This document shows positions 48,116 through 60,383 of a DNA stretch of 64,000 bases, piece after piece. The stretch's first letter is position 1. Every line of letters begins with the position of its first letter. Origin of the DNA: Coniocarpon cinnabarinum (Eukaryota). The DNA lies in NCBI GenBank assembly GCA_051942205.1, contig JAVECO010000001.1, positions 62,001 to 126,000 of the forward strand. The letters run 5' to 3'. Position numbers and translations under genes: made by a program. The notes under the pieces were generated by a model. That model saw only the letters and a list, made by a program, of their open reading frames with translations, made no database searches and was not told where the DNA came from.

Positions 48116-50345
48116 GCTGAGGGAGGAAAAGACAGTGGAGGTGCTCTTCTGAACGATGGGAGAGAGACCTCGTGTCTTGTATGCTCAGCAGCAACGACAG
48201 CACAAGGAAGATGAGCGTGTGGGTGTAGGGAAAGGAGGAGAGCGAAAGGAGCAGCAGGGAACAGGGGGGGACATGGCGAGTGTATTTGTAGTATGCAAAG
48301 GTAACATTGTACATCACGAAGCCGGGCAAGCGCGAGAACCCAATCTTACTGGTGGTACGAAGGTGCAGTATTGGCTTTGGGCCAGTTGCTCGAGCCTGCC
48401 GTATCGAGCGCCTGATTGGAGTCGAGGGATGCCCAGACTGCCTGGGGGGATGGCCGTCCAGCAGGTTCCAGCAGGCGTTAGTCTCTGCGCCGAGAGCTAA
48501 TGACTCGCCACCCAATGTGGTCGAAGCGCAGGGTCTCGAGTGCTCTGGAAAGTCTTGACGGGCCCCACACGTACGATCGTCCCACTGGTCGCGTGGTGCG
48601 CGTTGCTGCTTGTTCTTGCACCTCGTCTGGTCGGTCAGCAGCGGCTGCGCAACGGGCGCTGAGCGCGACGGACGAAAGGACGAGAGAGAGAATGGATTCA
48701 TGACATGACGAGAGATGGAGGTTGCCGGGAGGCGGGAAGCGACCAACGCATGGCGGACTGTCACCTGAGACCCCTGCGCGTAGCAAATTGGGACACTTGG
48801 CAGAGCGCGCGGTGGTGAGTGGTGGTTCGTGCAGGTGAGGGTGAGGGTGAGCCGCCACCATTGGACAGGTGCCATCGCGGGTCGAGGTGAGGCGAACTGG
48901 CGAACTGGTACAATGCGACGCTACGCTGCCACGGCCGCCCGCTGGAGGGCTGCGACTCTGCAATCTGGCATCGGCGATGATGGGGTGAGGTCAAGCGAAG
49001 CGACGCGAAGGGCGCTCCTGGTTCTTGCATCATCATCTTTGGATTGCCCTGGTGGAAAGCTGTGACTGCGCGCGAGAGCACGCGTGGAGTGGGCGAACTG
49101 GGGCGAGCTGGGACGAATCAGCGTCAGAGGGTGGAACAAAAGGATGGCGTGCACGGCGTGCAGAGTGGGATGAGAATCAGGGAGTGTGTGTGGGTGTGGT
49201 GTGTCGGGGTGCGAGAGCCAGGAGCCAGGGGCGGCGCGTGCGCATCCCCCAGACGGGGACTGCCACCGCCTGTCGAGGACCCACCGCCTGCCACTTGACG
49301 CTCCCTGCCTGCATATCCGCTTCCTTCTAGAATGTCGAATTTGTTCTGTGCGCGCGGCAAACGTTAGTCGCGCCCCCCGCTAGCCCCCTTCTGGATTTCT
49401 TCTCCGCACGCTGCAGCCGCGGCATCCCTGTGGTGTCTCCTTCTAGACCAACAGACCGTTAGTTGCCTCAGTCCTTTGCCGTCGTCTATTGCAGATTCTG
49501 CGCTCACGTGCTGTCGCTTCAGCATCCGCGCATCCCCCACCCCGGCATACTCGTCAACAGGCGAGATCGCATCCTTGCGCGGCTTAAGCCACGCCACGCG
49601 CTCGTCCAGATCACGCCCGTACCTTACTTGTGGGAACCCAGAGGCGCTGCAGTTGAGCCTCATGGACATTCATCTTGCTCAGCCAACTCGGCTTGGTCCG
49701 ATAACTCTGCTGGTGGACATCACTTGGCCGTTCATCACGACTCCACACCTGACGCAAACATTGACGCAATGTCCTCGTCCGCGCTGCCCCAGCCAACGTG
49801 TGCCTTCTGTGAGCCCGTCAGATTGGCCTGGCCGCTCTTGGTTGCAAACTTAATCGGCTGTCCCCGCCTCGCCGCCTCCACAATTTCCCATCTCTCAGGC
49901 TTTGACGCGTGCGACTCAACAGTTCAATAACACGTCTGCGATGGTCTGGTTGGATGTCTTGAGGCCGTTTGGGACATTTCTGCGAGGGGTCGAACACTCT
50001 CGACTCATGACCTTCGTGTTATACGGTGCCATAGCACCTTGATTAGAATTCTTGATTATCGCGCACTATGAACATATCGCGCGCTTCGAACCAGAGACGC
50101 TCGTAGGTCACTTTCTCCAACTCCACGTATTATCCATTGGTCATCGTTTTGCACTGCGAGTGCTCTAATCGTACAGTCTTGACAGCTCCGATGTCGCCAA
50201 TTTCATCTGAACGCGCCGCGCGTCATGGCAGCGCTGGTCAAAATATTACCTCCCGTACTGCAGGCCGTTGGTCCTCAACCAGATGTGCGCTGAGTCTTGG
50301 ATCTCCAGCGAGACCTCAAGTCCCCCGAGCGACCTCAATGGAAGT

Positions 50346-52586
50346 TCACATGACGATGCAGTCCTTATCGTCCTTGGGTTGGTCGCCGCCAGTACCGTTG
50401 AGTATCTGACTACTACTTTTCTTCTTTTTCAGCATCTTCTTCTCCGACTTAGGATTTCGCACGTCAACCTGTCCAGACTCCGCTTCTCGAATGATCGAAA
50501 GACGGCTTTTTGCCCTCGCATCTCCTTGTTCTGCTGCACGGGAGTACCACGTGTTGGCTTCAAGAGGATCGCGTCGACAGCCAATTCCCATTTCCGTAAA
50601 GTAGCCAACGGCATATTCGGCTTTTGCGAGCCCCAGTCCCGCTGCTCGCTTGGCCCACTCGTAGGCCTCTGCTTCATCTTTCGGCAGCACAGGCGTGGCA
50701 CCGACCATGTACCACGCACAAAGGGCCATCATCGCTTCAGGTAGGCCTGCCTGTGCAGCTCCATTGTAAAAGTGAATGCTCAACGCAGGATCCCTCGGAC
50801 ATCCCAGCAGACCATGCTCGTACACCTCACCCATTCTCAGGTTGGCTTGAGCATGGCCCAAATCAGCAGATCTGGTCATCAGTTGGGCTGCATAAGCTTC
50901 GTCTTTGAACACATCCTCCCCGTAGCCGTTTATGTGTAACAGTCCGAGTTCATAGGGACCGGAATTATGTTGATTGTCTGCATTCTCAGCGGCCCTCTTC
51001 AGCCACTTGATGCCTTCTCGGTACTTGCCGTGTAAGCCCATGTTCCCTGTCAGACAAGCCTTCCCGAGTCTCACAGCTGCACCTGGGTGGCCCTTGGATG
51101 CTGCAGAGCGAAAGTATTGAGAAGCTTTGGACACATCCCGGCGCGAACCCCAACCAAACTCGTAGCACAGCGCTGCACGATATGCAGCTTCCGCATGCCC
51201 ATGCTTGCCACCTGCGACAAACAGTCGGAACGCTTCCTTGTCATCCGGTTTGCCGTTGTTGAAGAAACCAGATGCATATCCATCGCCCAGGTAATACTGA
51301 GCATATGGATAGCTTCTATCAGCCAGCCGTTGCAGAATGCCTCTTGCTTCCATGAGCAGCTCCTTGCGATATGCGGGATTCGCGAGACTATCCCCAGTGC
51401 CGTCCTGGCGACGGTCTGAGGCTTCGCGCACTGCGGTAATCATGAAGATGGCAAACTCGTACTGTATGGCATTGTCGGTTGACTTTCTGATGTTTGCTCG
51501 ATACATGTCTAGGGTCTTTTTGGTGTCCAGCAGGGATGCATTGGACCCGACCGCACCTTTGACTTTGGCATGATCGATGGCCAGCATCTGATGCGCCACT
51601 TGCTGCGAGTAGGGGATATTCAGCAAATCCACGGTAGATAATGGTCTGCCGCCTGCAGAGCGAGCATCTGATGCTGCCGAAAGGTTGCGACTGTACATGC
51701 TCACCGGTCGTGAGGAATCTCGTGCTATCTCTTGTGGTGTGAGGCTTCGCCCTCGCAACGCCATGTCTGATCCCATGCTCAAGTTCGATGCAGGATGTAG
51801 CATCGGGCTTTTTCTTTTTGTCTGCTTGTCATTACCGTTCGAGGAACGTGGCGAGTCTTGACTCAGGTCTCCGCTCGACGATACGGTCCGGCTATCCGAA
51901 GCCATAGATCCGACACTGCCTATCGAATTGTGCGATACCACTCTCCTTTTCGGTTGCTTTTCGACCACTGCCTTCTCATGATGGTACTGAAGGCCTGGTG
52001 ACTGCTCGACAGGCCTGATGTCGCCCCCGTCGAGTTGTATGCTAGGAGTTCCTGCTCGTTCTTCCGGTCCTCGAAAAGGAAGACTTACAGCCTCGAGTGG
52101 ATCGCTTGGCTCGACCATTGGCGAGGAAAGGTTCCGGACATGTGTCCCTGTAAACGGTTGAGAAGGAGGTCTTTCGTCAGCCCGTTGTTCATTCTCAGGC
52201 TGTAGCGATGGTTGGCTCTCGGGGGTCTCGGACCGGCGCATTCTGATATCGCCATTTTGAATGATCGCTGATGAAGCGCGAGGGACTTCTGATGTAGGTG
52301 TGTGGATCTTGACCGGCGAGGACGGAGCTTGCTGAACCGTAGCATTGTCGCCGTGTTGGAGGGGCTGGAGGGGTTGAAGAGGTGACCTCGAAGGTTTGGC
52401 AGGCGACAGCGAAGTCACCAGCCCTTCGGCGACCGCGCTATCCAGCGGCGGCGGCCGTGGAGATGTCGGTGATTTGAGAGGTGATCGGGGGGTGTGGTAT
52501 TCCTGTGCAGAGGAAGCTGCACTGGCGTTGGCTGCCCCTACGTCTATGCTTCGCGGGCGCGAGCCTTCCGCGATTGTACTATCCAT
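50346..52586 (-). CDS. Chitin synthase activator (Chs4/Skt5-like, Sel1 repeats) with a CaaX box
   Basis: A disordered N-terminus is followed by TLDMYRAN..K, QYEFA and a run of Sel1 repeats (YPYAQYYLGDGY, HAEAAYRAALCYEFG, AMMALCAWYMVG, KAEYAVGYFTEMGIG). It ends in CIVM*. Confidence 0.92.
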   Translation of the reverse strand: MDSTIAEGSRPRSIDVGAANASAASSAQEYHTPRSPLKSPTSPRPPPLDSAVAEGLVTSLSPAKPSRSPLQPLQPLQHGDNATVQQAPSSPVKIHTPTSEVPRASSAIIQNGDIRMRRSETPESQPSLQPENEQRADERPPSQPFTGTHVRNLSSPMVEPSDPLEAVSLPFRGPEERAGTPSIQLDGGDIRPVEQSPGLQYHHEKAVVEKQPKRRVVSHNSIGSVGSMASDSRTVSSSGDLSQDSPRSSNGNDKQTKRKSPMLHPASNLSMGSDMALRGRSLTPQEIARDSSRPVSMYSRNLSAASDARSAGGRPLSTVDLLNIPYSQQVAHQMLAIDHAKVKGAVGSNASLLDTKKTLDMYRANIRKSTDNAIQYEFAIFMITAVREASDRRQDGTGDSLANPAYRKELLMEARGILQRLADRSYPYAQYYLGDGYASGFFNNGKPDDKEAFRLFVAGGKHGHAEAAYRAALCYEFGWGSRRDVSKASQYFRSAASKGHPGAAVRLGKACLTGNMGLHGKYREGIKWLKRAAENADNQHNSGPYELGLLHINGYGEDVFKDEAYAAQLMTRSADLGHAQANLRMGEVYEHGLLGCPRDPALSIHFYNGAAQAGLPEAMMALCAWYMVGATPVLPKDEAEAYEWAKRAAGLGLAKAEYAVGYFTEMGIGCRRDPLEANTWYSRAAEQGDARAKSRLSIIREAESGQVDVRNPKSEKKMLKKKKSSSQILNGTGGDQPKDDKDCIVM

Positions 52587-52665
52587 TAGGTTTCAGGTAC
52601 GGGACAAATCCTGATTCTGTGCAGCTTGTAATCTGTAGAGACCTGCTCTTGTCTTGGCAGGATGA

Positions 52666-52680
52666 TCAGGGAGATGTCAT
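52666..52680 (-). promoter_or_regulatory. Candidate uORF (MTSP*) upstream of the chitin synthase activator
   Basis: caagccATGACATCTCCCTGA ends about 80 nt before the main ATG at 52586. Confidence 0.35.
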
Positions 52681-53812
52681 GGCTTGAAAAGAACGACCTT
52701 GAGATTCGGAGGAATAAAGTACCCGAGGAGCAATTAAGTGGCTCTCATTTCAGCTCGGAGTGCGGCGTAAGGCAGCTTCGGGAGGCGTGGTCAAAACGGC
52801 GGCGGGCGAGATGAACGAGAATATCTAACGAATGATGGGTGGGTATGGCGGCGGCGTGGCAGAGAAGCGAGCGGTTGGGGAATTGGGGGACAAGGCAAAC
52901 GAGTGATTAACGGGCGGAGATGCAGGAGAGAACAAAGCAGGACTCGTGACTTGCAAGGCTGAGGGGGAACGAGGATAGGTTAGGTCAGGTACGGTAGCCA
53001 AGGGGTCGCAGCGAAGAGTGGCATCAGCGAATATACGTAGGTACTCCTGCGTAGCTCGAGTGAGTGAGTGATATGTCGACGAGCAATGTCAAACTTTAAA
53101 AGTCGTCTGAACTCAGTGTGCTGCCGCCCAAGCTAGGGATTCCCAGGGCTTTCCAGGGATTGCGAGATCTGTGACAGCCGCGTTTGCCGTTAGATTGTGG
53201 GGGCCAAAGCCCTAAACAGCGGGCGGTGTGAGTGGACGGGCGGGGCGAGTGGCGTCGTGGAATGGGGTGGGGGATCAGGACTACGGAGGAGCAAGACGAT
53301 CAGGAGCGCTGGGGCGTAGGGGGGCTTCTCATAGGGCCAAGACGCCCCAAGCGACCCTTTCCTTAGCCCCCGCTGCCCCCCTCGCTGCCCCTAAGCCTCA
53401 GCTGTCACCCAGTAGCGTAGCGTCCAGTGGTCGTCTCGCCAACTGCGCCAAACTGCCGCCCATCCGGTGCCACCGCCCGCTAGAGCCGCTTTGTGTACAC
53501 CTGTATTTGCTGCAACCCATCTACCATCGATCTCCTTGCTACTCCTCACAAGCTGCATCTCCAAGGCCTGTGCAAGTACACCTTCTCCCGGCATTGCTTA
53601 TTGCTGCTCGCCTCACGCTCGCTACACTCGCTTCTGTATTTGTTGCTCCTCGTCTGAGCTGCGCTTGGCTGCTCGCCTCATCTCAACTAGCCGCCACTTT
53701 AATCCCTCGCTTCATCTTAAAAAAAGTCTTTACTTCGGCCATCGAGCTCCCCTAACCTATCGCCACTCGTTTTCATGTCGCTATCAACCTAGCTGCAACC
53801 TGCTTCCCAACA

Positions 53813-56800
53813 ATGGATCATCCCAGGAAGCCGGCGCCGGCAAACACGTCGCCAGATAAACACCGACATACCCACCGCAGACGTCGTTCATCAGACGTCG
53901 AGGGCCATTACCCAAGATCTTCCTCTCGACGCAACTCAGAGTCTCCCACCAAGAAAATCCCAGGAAGCCCAACCGTTAGACCTCTCCCCTCCCCCCGCCT
54001 GCCTCGCGATGAGCGAGATTCGGCTCCGCGAGCGTCCAGAGACCGCAGTCTGTCGCGGAAACGCAGCCTGGTGAGGCCTGAGCGCAGGAAGAAGGACAAA
54101 GATGACCCCAACTATCATTACAGAAAGCATGCTCAGCACATGCCCGTTCAGCCCTCTGCTACAGGCAACGATCCAGCGCTTGAGGATGACTCTGACGCGG
54201 ACGCCGGACATGGCAAAGACCGGCATCAGCGACAGCCACTCGAGCAGGAGTCTGCCGGAATCAATCGAGAAGCAAGCCGCAAGCTACAAAAGAAGGTGAC
54301 TCGGGAGGACACGAAGGAACTGGAACTCGCCGCGGCACAACGCCGCCGGGCACAGCAGCAGCATCAGGTCCCAACCCTGTGGGGTACCTACTGCCATCTG
54401 ATCACATTCTGGTGTCCAGACATCTTTTTGCGATGGGGCGGCAAAGCACAGAAAGCCCAACAAAGAGCGTGGAGAGAAAAGATCGGGTTAATCAGTCTCA
54501 TACTGCTTATCTGTTTTTTCGTCGGCTTTTTAACGTTTGGATTTACGACTGCCGTTTGTCCTCCCCAAAGCCAGACCCGATTGCGTATCAACCAAGTCGG
54601 CCCCGGCTATCTGATCATTCATGGACAAGCATACGATCTCACACACTCACAGCATCCGTACGCACGGGGTATTCCAGACGGAGCAAATGTGCTCTACCTG
54701 AGTCCTCCGCTCGCGCCTTTGGGTGGTTATGATGCCAGCTTCATGTTCCAGAATGTCAACGGGAACTGCAAAGATCTCATCACAGCAGCGCCCAACTCAC
54801 CGGTACCCCATGATGACAGTGGAAATTTGGGATGGTATTTTCCTTGTCAAGCCTTCAAGCAAGATGGGTCGACCCAGCCAAACACCACGCAACCATTTTA
54901 TCTGGGCTGGGCCTGTCACTTGAGCAACAAGGCAAGGAGCGCCTATTACGACCTCAAATCTTCCAGTGACGTCTACTTCACGTGGGACGACGTGCGAAAC
55001 GGCTCTCGAAATCTGGCGGTCTGGAACGGCGATGTCATCGATCTTGACTTGCTCAACTGGTTCGACCCGAATATGATCCGGTACACCTCGCGTTTTGATG
55101 ACATCAAAAACAACACTGCTGTTCGGGGCTCTGATCTGACTCTGCCGTACTCAAGCTCGGAAGACAAACAAATTGCAAAGTGCTTCAGCGAGATCATCAA
55201 GGTCGGATCGATTGACACTGAAACCATCGGATGCATTGCGTCTAAGGTGGTGCTATACGTTTCGCTGATTTTCATCTTGTCCATCGTAGTCTCCAAGTTT
55301 GTTCTGGCTGTCCTGTTTCAATGGTTTATCAGCAAGAAGTATGCAGCGTCAAAGGGCGTCGACACCAGCAGTAAGAGGAATCGAGAAATTGAAGACTGGA
55401 CCGACGACATCTATCGTCCTGCACCCAAGGTCGAAGATCACTATGCTGGTACCGTCACTGAGCGATCAGGCATCACGAGCGCATTCCTCCCAACCAAGTC
55501 TCGCTTCACAAGTCCGTACGCGCACGGCGTTGGCAAGGCTCGTGGGCAACCTATCACCATGGCGAGTCAAGGTTCTGGAGCACGCCTGCTGTCTTCGGCC
55601 GAGCCTGGACAGTCAAGCGACATGTTACCCCGATATCCAAGCCGATCAAGCTTCTTGCTTTCTGAAAAGGGGGAAAACAGGCTTTCTTCTACAGGTGCAG
55701 AGCTTGATGTTCCGGGACCATCTGGCTTTATTCACGATGCAGTTGTGCCCCAGCCACCAGCAGAATGGCAACCGTACGGCTACCCACTGATCCATTCCAT
55801 TTGCCTGGTCACTTGCTACTCTGAGGGCCAAGACGGCTTGCGCACCACATTAGACTCTGTAGCAATGACCGATTATCCCAACAGTCACAAGTTGATTTTG
55901 GTCGTTTGTGATGGACAAATCAAGGGCCACGGCGAGGAGTTCACCACGCCAGAGATTGTTCTGGGTATGATGAAAGATCACACAATTCTTCCAGATGAAG
56001 TACAGGCCTTTTCTTACGTTGCTGTGGCCAGTGGCGCTAAGCGGCACAACATGGCTAAAATCTACTCTGGCTTCTACGACTACGGCGAGAATTCTAATAT
56101 TCCAAGGGACGCGCAACAACGTGTACCCATGATGGTTGTAGTCAAGACCGGAACACCAGACGAGGCCACAAAAGCCAAGCCAGGGAATCGCGGCAAGCGC
56201 GACAGCCAGATCATTCTCATGTCCTTCTTGCAAAAAGTCATGTTCGATGAGCGTATGACCGAGCTCGAATATGAGATGTTCAATGGCATCTGGAAGATCA
56301 CTGGCATATCTGCCGATTATTACGAAGTCGTGCTCATGGTTGACGCCGATACGAAAGCCTTTCCGGACAGTCTGACGCACATGTGCTCAGCCATGGTCAA
56401 AGACCCTGAGGTTATGGGCCTTTGTGGCGAGACCAAGATTGCGAACAAGCGCGTCAGTTGGGTCACCATGATCCAGGTCTTCGAATACTTCATTTCACAT
56501 CATCAGGCCAAATCCTTCGAGTCATGTTTCGGTGGTGTCACCTGCTTGCCCGGTTGCTTTTCCATGTATCGCATCAAATCTCCAAAGGGCGGTCAGAATT
56601 ACTGGGTCCCCATCCTTGCTAATCCAGATATCGTCGAACATTACTCCGAAAACGTCGTCGAGACACTACACGACAAGAACCTCCTTCTCCTCGGCGAGGA
56701 CCGTTTTCTTTCCACGCTCATGCTTCGAACCTTCCCGAAACGCAAGCAGATCTTCGTCCCTCAGGCTGTTTGCAAAACGCAGGTTCCTGAAGAGTTTAAG

Positions 56801-57481
56801 GTCCTCCTTTCCCAGCGGCGTCGATGGATCAACAGCACCATCCACAATCTTTTTGAACTGGTCCTTGTACGCGATCTTTGCGGCACGTTCTGCTTTAGCA
56901 TGCAATTTGTCGTCTTTATCGATCTGGTTGGCACTCTTGTTCTTCCCGTGGCTATCTGCTTCACAATATATTTAAGTAAGTCACTCTTTCTTGCCGATTA
57001 TTTCTGGGCTCAGCAGTTGCTAATCAGCCATCTAGTCATCGATGCCATCATCGCTTCTGTCCAAAATCTACCCATTCCTACTATTCCGCTTATCCTATTG
57101 GCTCTCATCCTCGGTCTCCCAGGTATTCTTATCGTCATCACCGCTCACAAACCATCCTACATCATGTGGATGCTCATCTATCTCATCTCTTTGCCCATTT
57201 GGAATGGTGTCTTACCGGCATACGCTTATTGGAAATTTGATGACTTTAGCTGGGGCGATACACGCAAGACGGCAGCAGGCAAGGTCAAGAAAGCCGGTAT
57301 CGAGTATGAAGGCGAATTCGATAGCAGCAAGATTACAATGAAGCGGTGGGCGGAGTTTGAGCAGGAGAGGAGACTTAAGGGTGCGGAACGAGAAGGTCTT
57401 GTGCCAGGAAAAAGGGCGAGTCGAAATAGTTTGGGCATGCCTCAGCGGCTAAGTGCTGCGAACCTTGACAGCTTAGCGTAG
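53813..57481 (+). CDS. CHS3: Class IV chitin synthase (yeast Chs3 type); 60-nt in-frame intron 56976-57035
   Basis: Motifs [14 protein letters not shown]...C, the IHGQAYD cytochrome-b5-like region, [44 protein letters not shown] and DDFSWG.TR. No myosin motor domain. Confidence 0.95.
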   Translation: MDHPRKPAPANTSPDKHRHTHRRRRSSDVEGHYPRSSSRRNSESPTKKIPGSPTVRPLPSPRLPRDERDSAPRASRDRSLSRKRSLVRPERRKKDKDDPNYHYRKHAQHMPVQPSATGNDPALEDDSDADAGHGKDRHQRQPLEQESAGINREASRKLQKKVTREDTKELELAAAQRRRAQQQHQVPTLWGTYCHLITFWCPDIFLRWGGKAQKAQQRAWREKIGLISLILLICFFVGFLTFGFTTAVCPPQSQTRLRINQVGPGYLIIHGQAYDLTHSQHPYARGIPDGANVLYLSPPLAPLGGYDASFMFQNVNGNCKDLITAAPNSPVPHDDSGNLGWYFPCQAFKQDGSTQPNTTQPFYLGWACHLSNKARSAYYDLKSSSDVYFTWDDVRNGSRNLAVWNGDVIDLDLLNWFDPNMIRYTSRFDDIKNNTAVRGSDLTLPYSSSEDKQIAKCFSEIIKVGSIDTETIGCIASKVVLYVSLIFILSIVVSKFVLAVLFQWFISKKYAASKGVDTSSKRNREIEDWTDDIYRPAPKVEDHYAGTVTERSGITSAFLPTKSRFTSPYAHGVGKARGQPITMASQGSGARLLSSAEPGQSSDMLPRYPSRSSFLLSEKGENRLSSTGAELDVPGPSGFIHDAVVPQPPAEWQPYGYPLIHSICLVTCYSEGQDGLRTTLDSVAMTDYPNSHKLILVVCDGQIKGHGEEFTTPEIVLGMMKDHTILPDEVQAFSYVAVASGAKRHNMAKIYSGFYDYGENSNIPRDAQQRVPMMVVVKTGTPDEATKAKPGNRGKRDSQIILMSFLQKVMFDERMTELEYEMFNGIWKITGISADYYEVVLMVDADTKAFPDSLTHMCSAMVKDPEVMGLCGETKIANKRVSWVTMIQVFEYFISHHQAKSFESCFGGVTCLPGCFSMYRIKSPKGGQNYWVPILANPDIVEHYSENVVETLHDKNLLLLGEDRFLSTLMLRTFPKRKQIFVPQAVCKTQVPEEFKVLLSQRRRWINSTIHNLFELVLVRDLCGTFCFSMQFVVFIDLVGTLVLPVAICFTIYLSKSLFLADYFWAQQLLISHLVIDAIIASVQNLPIPTIPLILLALILGLPGILIVITAHKPSYIMWMLIYLISLPIWNGVLPAYAYWKFDDFSWGDTRKTAAGKVKKAGIEYEGEFDSSKITMKRWAEFEQERRLKGAEREGLVPGKRASRNSLGMPQRLSAANLDSLA

Positions 57482-60383
57482 TGTCGGAAGCGCGTACCGG
57501 AATGGAGAGCATGGTCCGAATTGAGAAAGTCAATTGGGAGGGCATTGAAGACGAGCGAGTGTATGAGGATTCTGCATGTACGAGAAGCATAGAAGGGCGT
57601 CGTGACTGTTCAAATAGACGGGATGGAGCGTCCAGCGCATAATGGTAATGAAAATACAGAAAGTTTTATCAATTTAGCATTGACGCTCATTCTTCCAAGT
57701 TTCAGCTATCTGCCCTTCAAGTGAATCTACTGGTGAGACGTCCACTTCACCAATAAGCACACACTGCATCTTCTAAGACTACCTTCGTAGACACCGCAGC
57801 GGTAAAAAGTCAAGAGTGAGTGGCTGATTTGAGGCAGATTTGTTTCCTGGACCAACGCTTGCTTCTTTGTACATTTCGACGGGTTTCAGGATTCTGATTC
57901 TATCTGAAGACACATCAAATCGATCTTCAGCTAGACAGGAGAGAAAGTATCTAGACTTGATGCTGTAGTCTCTGTCGCCTGTCATAGTTCGACACATGTC
58001 AGGTGCTTGACTTCACACGCAGATTTCGCGCCGCCTTTCGTTACCCCGCCGGCCCATAGTTTTCTCACTTCACTCCGCCACACTCTTCTGACTACCAACG
58101 CTTTCTACGCCACTCTTTCCTCTGATCGGAGAGTTCCAGTCATCAAATTTGTCAAGATCGCTTTCGTACATCACTAATTTTATATAAATTTGCATGTCTG
58201 CGCTACACTTGCCCATCTTCTGATAGAATCCTACCGTTAATTGTGCCACTTGTCCTCACTGATGATGCACATCTCCATGGCTGCTTCTCACCTTGAGCGA
58301 ATCACGCAAGGAAGAGAGTGTGAAGAATCCTCGCTTGACCCACCAATCGCAAATTCGAGATGCACTTGTACCGTGATTCGACCCATATGTGCAGAAGAGA
58401 ACAGGCCATGAGCATCTCGGATCAGTTGTGTGTTGGTGCACAATCTGACACCGTTCTTTGGCAAAATTGACATTATTGTACATGTAGGAGTTGAGTCCAC
58501 TAATGCGATGGTGAGAGCAAGCCACTGTCCCCTGTTTTGCTGATGCGGTCTAACACAATCTGCAGCTAGGAAGAAAACAGACGCTATGATCGTTCATCGA
58601 AACCATGATTCCCTGAACAAGCAAAGACACCAAAAGAGCCAGTGCTTCACTGATATAGACCCTCCTTGATGCTAGCTCCTAGGTTAAGCGGACTCAACCA
58701 TATCATGCCGCTCGCAACCCCGCAGAATGACACGGTGATACTGATCTGGCGATTTTTATGCAAGTGGATAAATGCTCCGTTGTCGTGGGCGAGGGATTAG
58801 ATCGTTGATACGGCCCTCAGTGATGATTGGTCATGGCATCACCACACGCTGAAAGGGCGAGAATGAGCCGTGTCGCATGCTATGTCCACTTTTAAAGTAC
58901 TGCAATCCACATGTTTTCTTTACAGACAGGTCTGTTGAACGCCAGTCAGTTCGCTCGCAAGAACCAAACATGGACGAAATAAGGGTGACACAAGCGACGG
59001 CAAATGAGTTGCATGCTTTGCAGCTATGTACTTGGCGATTGGCTGAAGACATGTTCGTCTTGCGTCTCTCCTAAGCAACAAGTCCTTCATAAAAAGTCAG
59101 CCGCACAGGCGCGAAATGCGAGATCAAAACATTGAAGCAGTGACGCGAATGTGAAAGTGTGCTGCAGAACTACTAATTGTCAGGCTTGGAGGGGCTGAGA
59201 CGATCTATGCAGGTATCGATCAACATTGTTTTGGTAGGTGTAGAGTACCTGTGCAATGTTGGCTTCGAGAACAACTTATGAGCACATTAACAAGCAACGG
59301 AATGCAAACAAAAGAAGATTGCTTCGCAAAGACATCGAGCTAAGTGTTGTTGCTTCTCAGAGCTGACGGACAAACGTCTGCAATACCATTACGATAGGTG
59401 AGGAGTCCCAATGATCGCGATCTTCACACGATCATGGCAGCTACCACAGGTGGAAAATCGAGGCGTTTGCAGTTGTCGGTGCAAAAACCTTCGAGTTGTT
59501 TGCAGCGCTCATGTATTGCTGACGAACCAGAAGAACAGGCTTCCAAAAGTAGGGACAATGACCCTGGATGTTTCTTCCACCTCAAACGATCGAATGGGAA
59601 AGCCGGACGAGCTGTGGCCGCTTGGGCTGATCTGTGCGCGATGGGGCTAACAGCGCCTGCTACAGGTGAGTCTGGTGGAAAGTGGCCAGTGACATCTGGA
59701 AGAACACGTCGACGGCACAGCACGAGGCAAGAGCTCTGGAGAGGGACTGCAAGATGGAGAGGGCCACTGGGCAAGGAAGCGGGATGCCGGCAGGAGACCG
59801 TGGGCGAGCACGGCGACGTGGGCGAGGAGGAGGGCGAGTGACATGAATCTAGAGCGGGGACCGGAGCAGTGGTCAGTGGTGCAGGTGGGTGAGGGGGAGC
59901 GCCCAGCACGCCTGAAAGCGGCCGGATCTCAGTGAGTGTAACACACACACCTCTCCTCACCAGCCATCCCAAAACTCGTCACCTCCATCATCGCTCTTCA
60001 CCTTCTTACCACTGGAGCCTTCTTCTCATTCTCTCCTTCATTCTCATTCATCCATTGGAAAACTCCAGCGCACGGGCTTCGAGCATTTTGCGACTGGCGG
60101 CACCCACCTGGTGTGTCCTTATTTCTGAGGCGTGACCTTAAAAGGCAAGCCAGCTGCCCTCTGCGTTTTTCGTCTCTCTCTCATTCTCTCCACAACCCCC
60201 ATTGACGCGTCTCAACCTTCCGCGCACTCCCCCTTTCCATCACTTTTTCATCGACATCATCGCTCGCCTGAGCTAGACCAGCGCGCATACATCGAAACTC
60301 TCTTCTACCGCTATCGACGTGATCGTCGCACCTCCACACTGAAGCTTAGAGCTTGTCACGCTACGCGTACCTGATTCTTCGAC

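Noticed and set aside
46502..48214. 570-aa plus-strand ORF antisense to the sugar transporter
   Set aside because: A shadow ORF expected from the transporter's strong C/G3 codon bias. It has a non-ATG start and no recognisable domain.
48116..50345. Many SYGGRG (CreA/Mig1) sites upstream of the glucose transporter
   Set aside because: Biologically plausible, but a rough estimate shows the count is no higher than chance in this GC-rich region.
58820..58852. GTGATGA...CTGA resembling snoRNA C and D boxes
   Set aside because: The boxes are only about 25 nt apart, and no terminal stem or rRNA-complementary guide was recognised.
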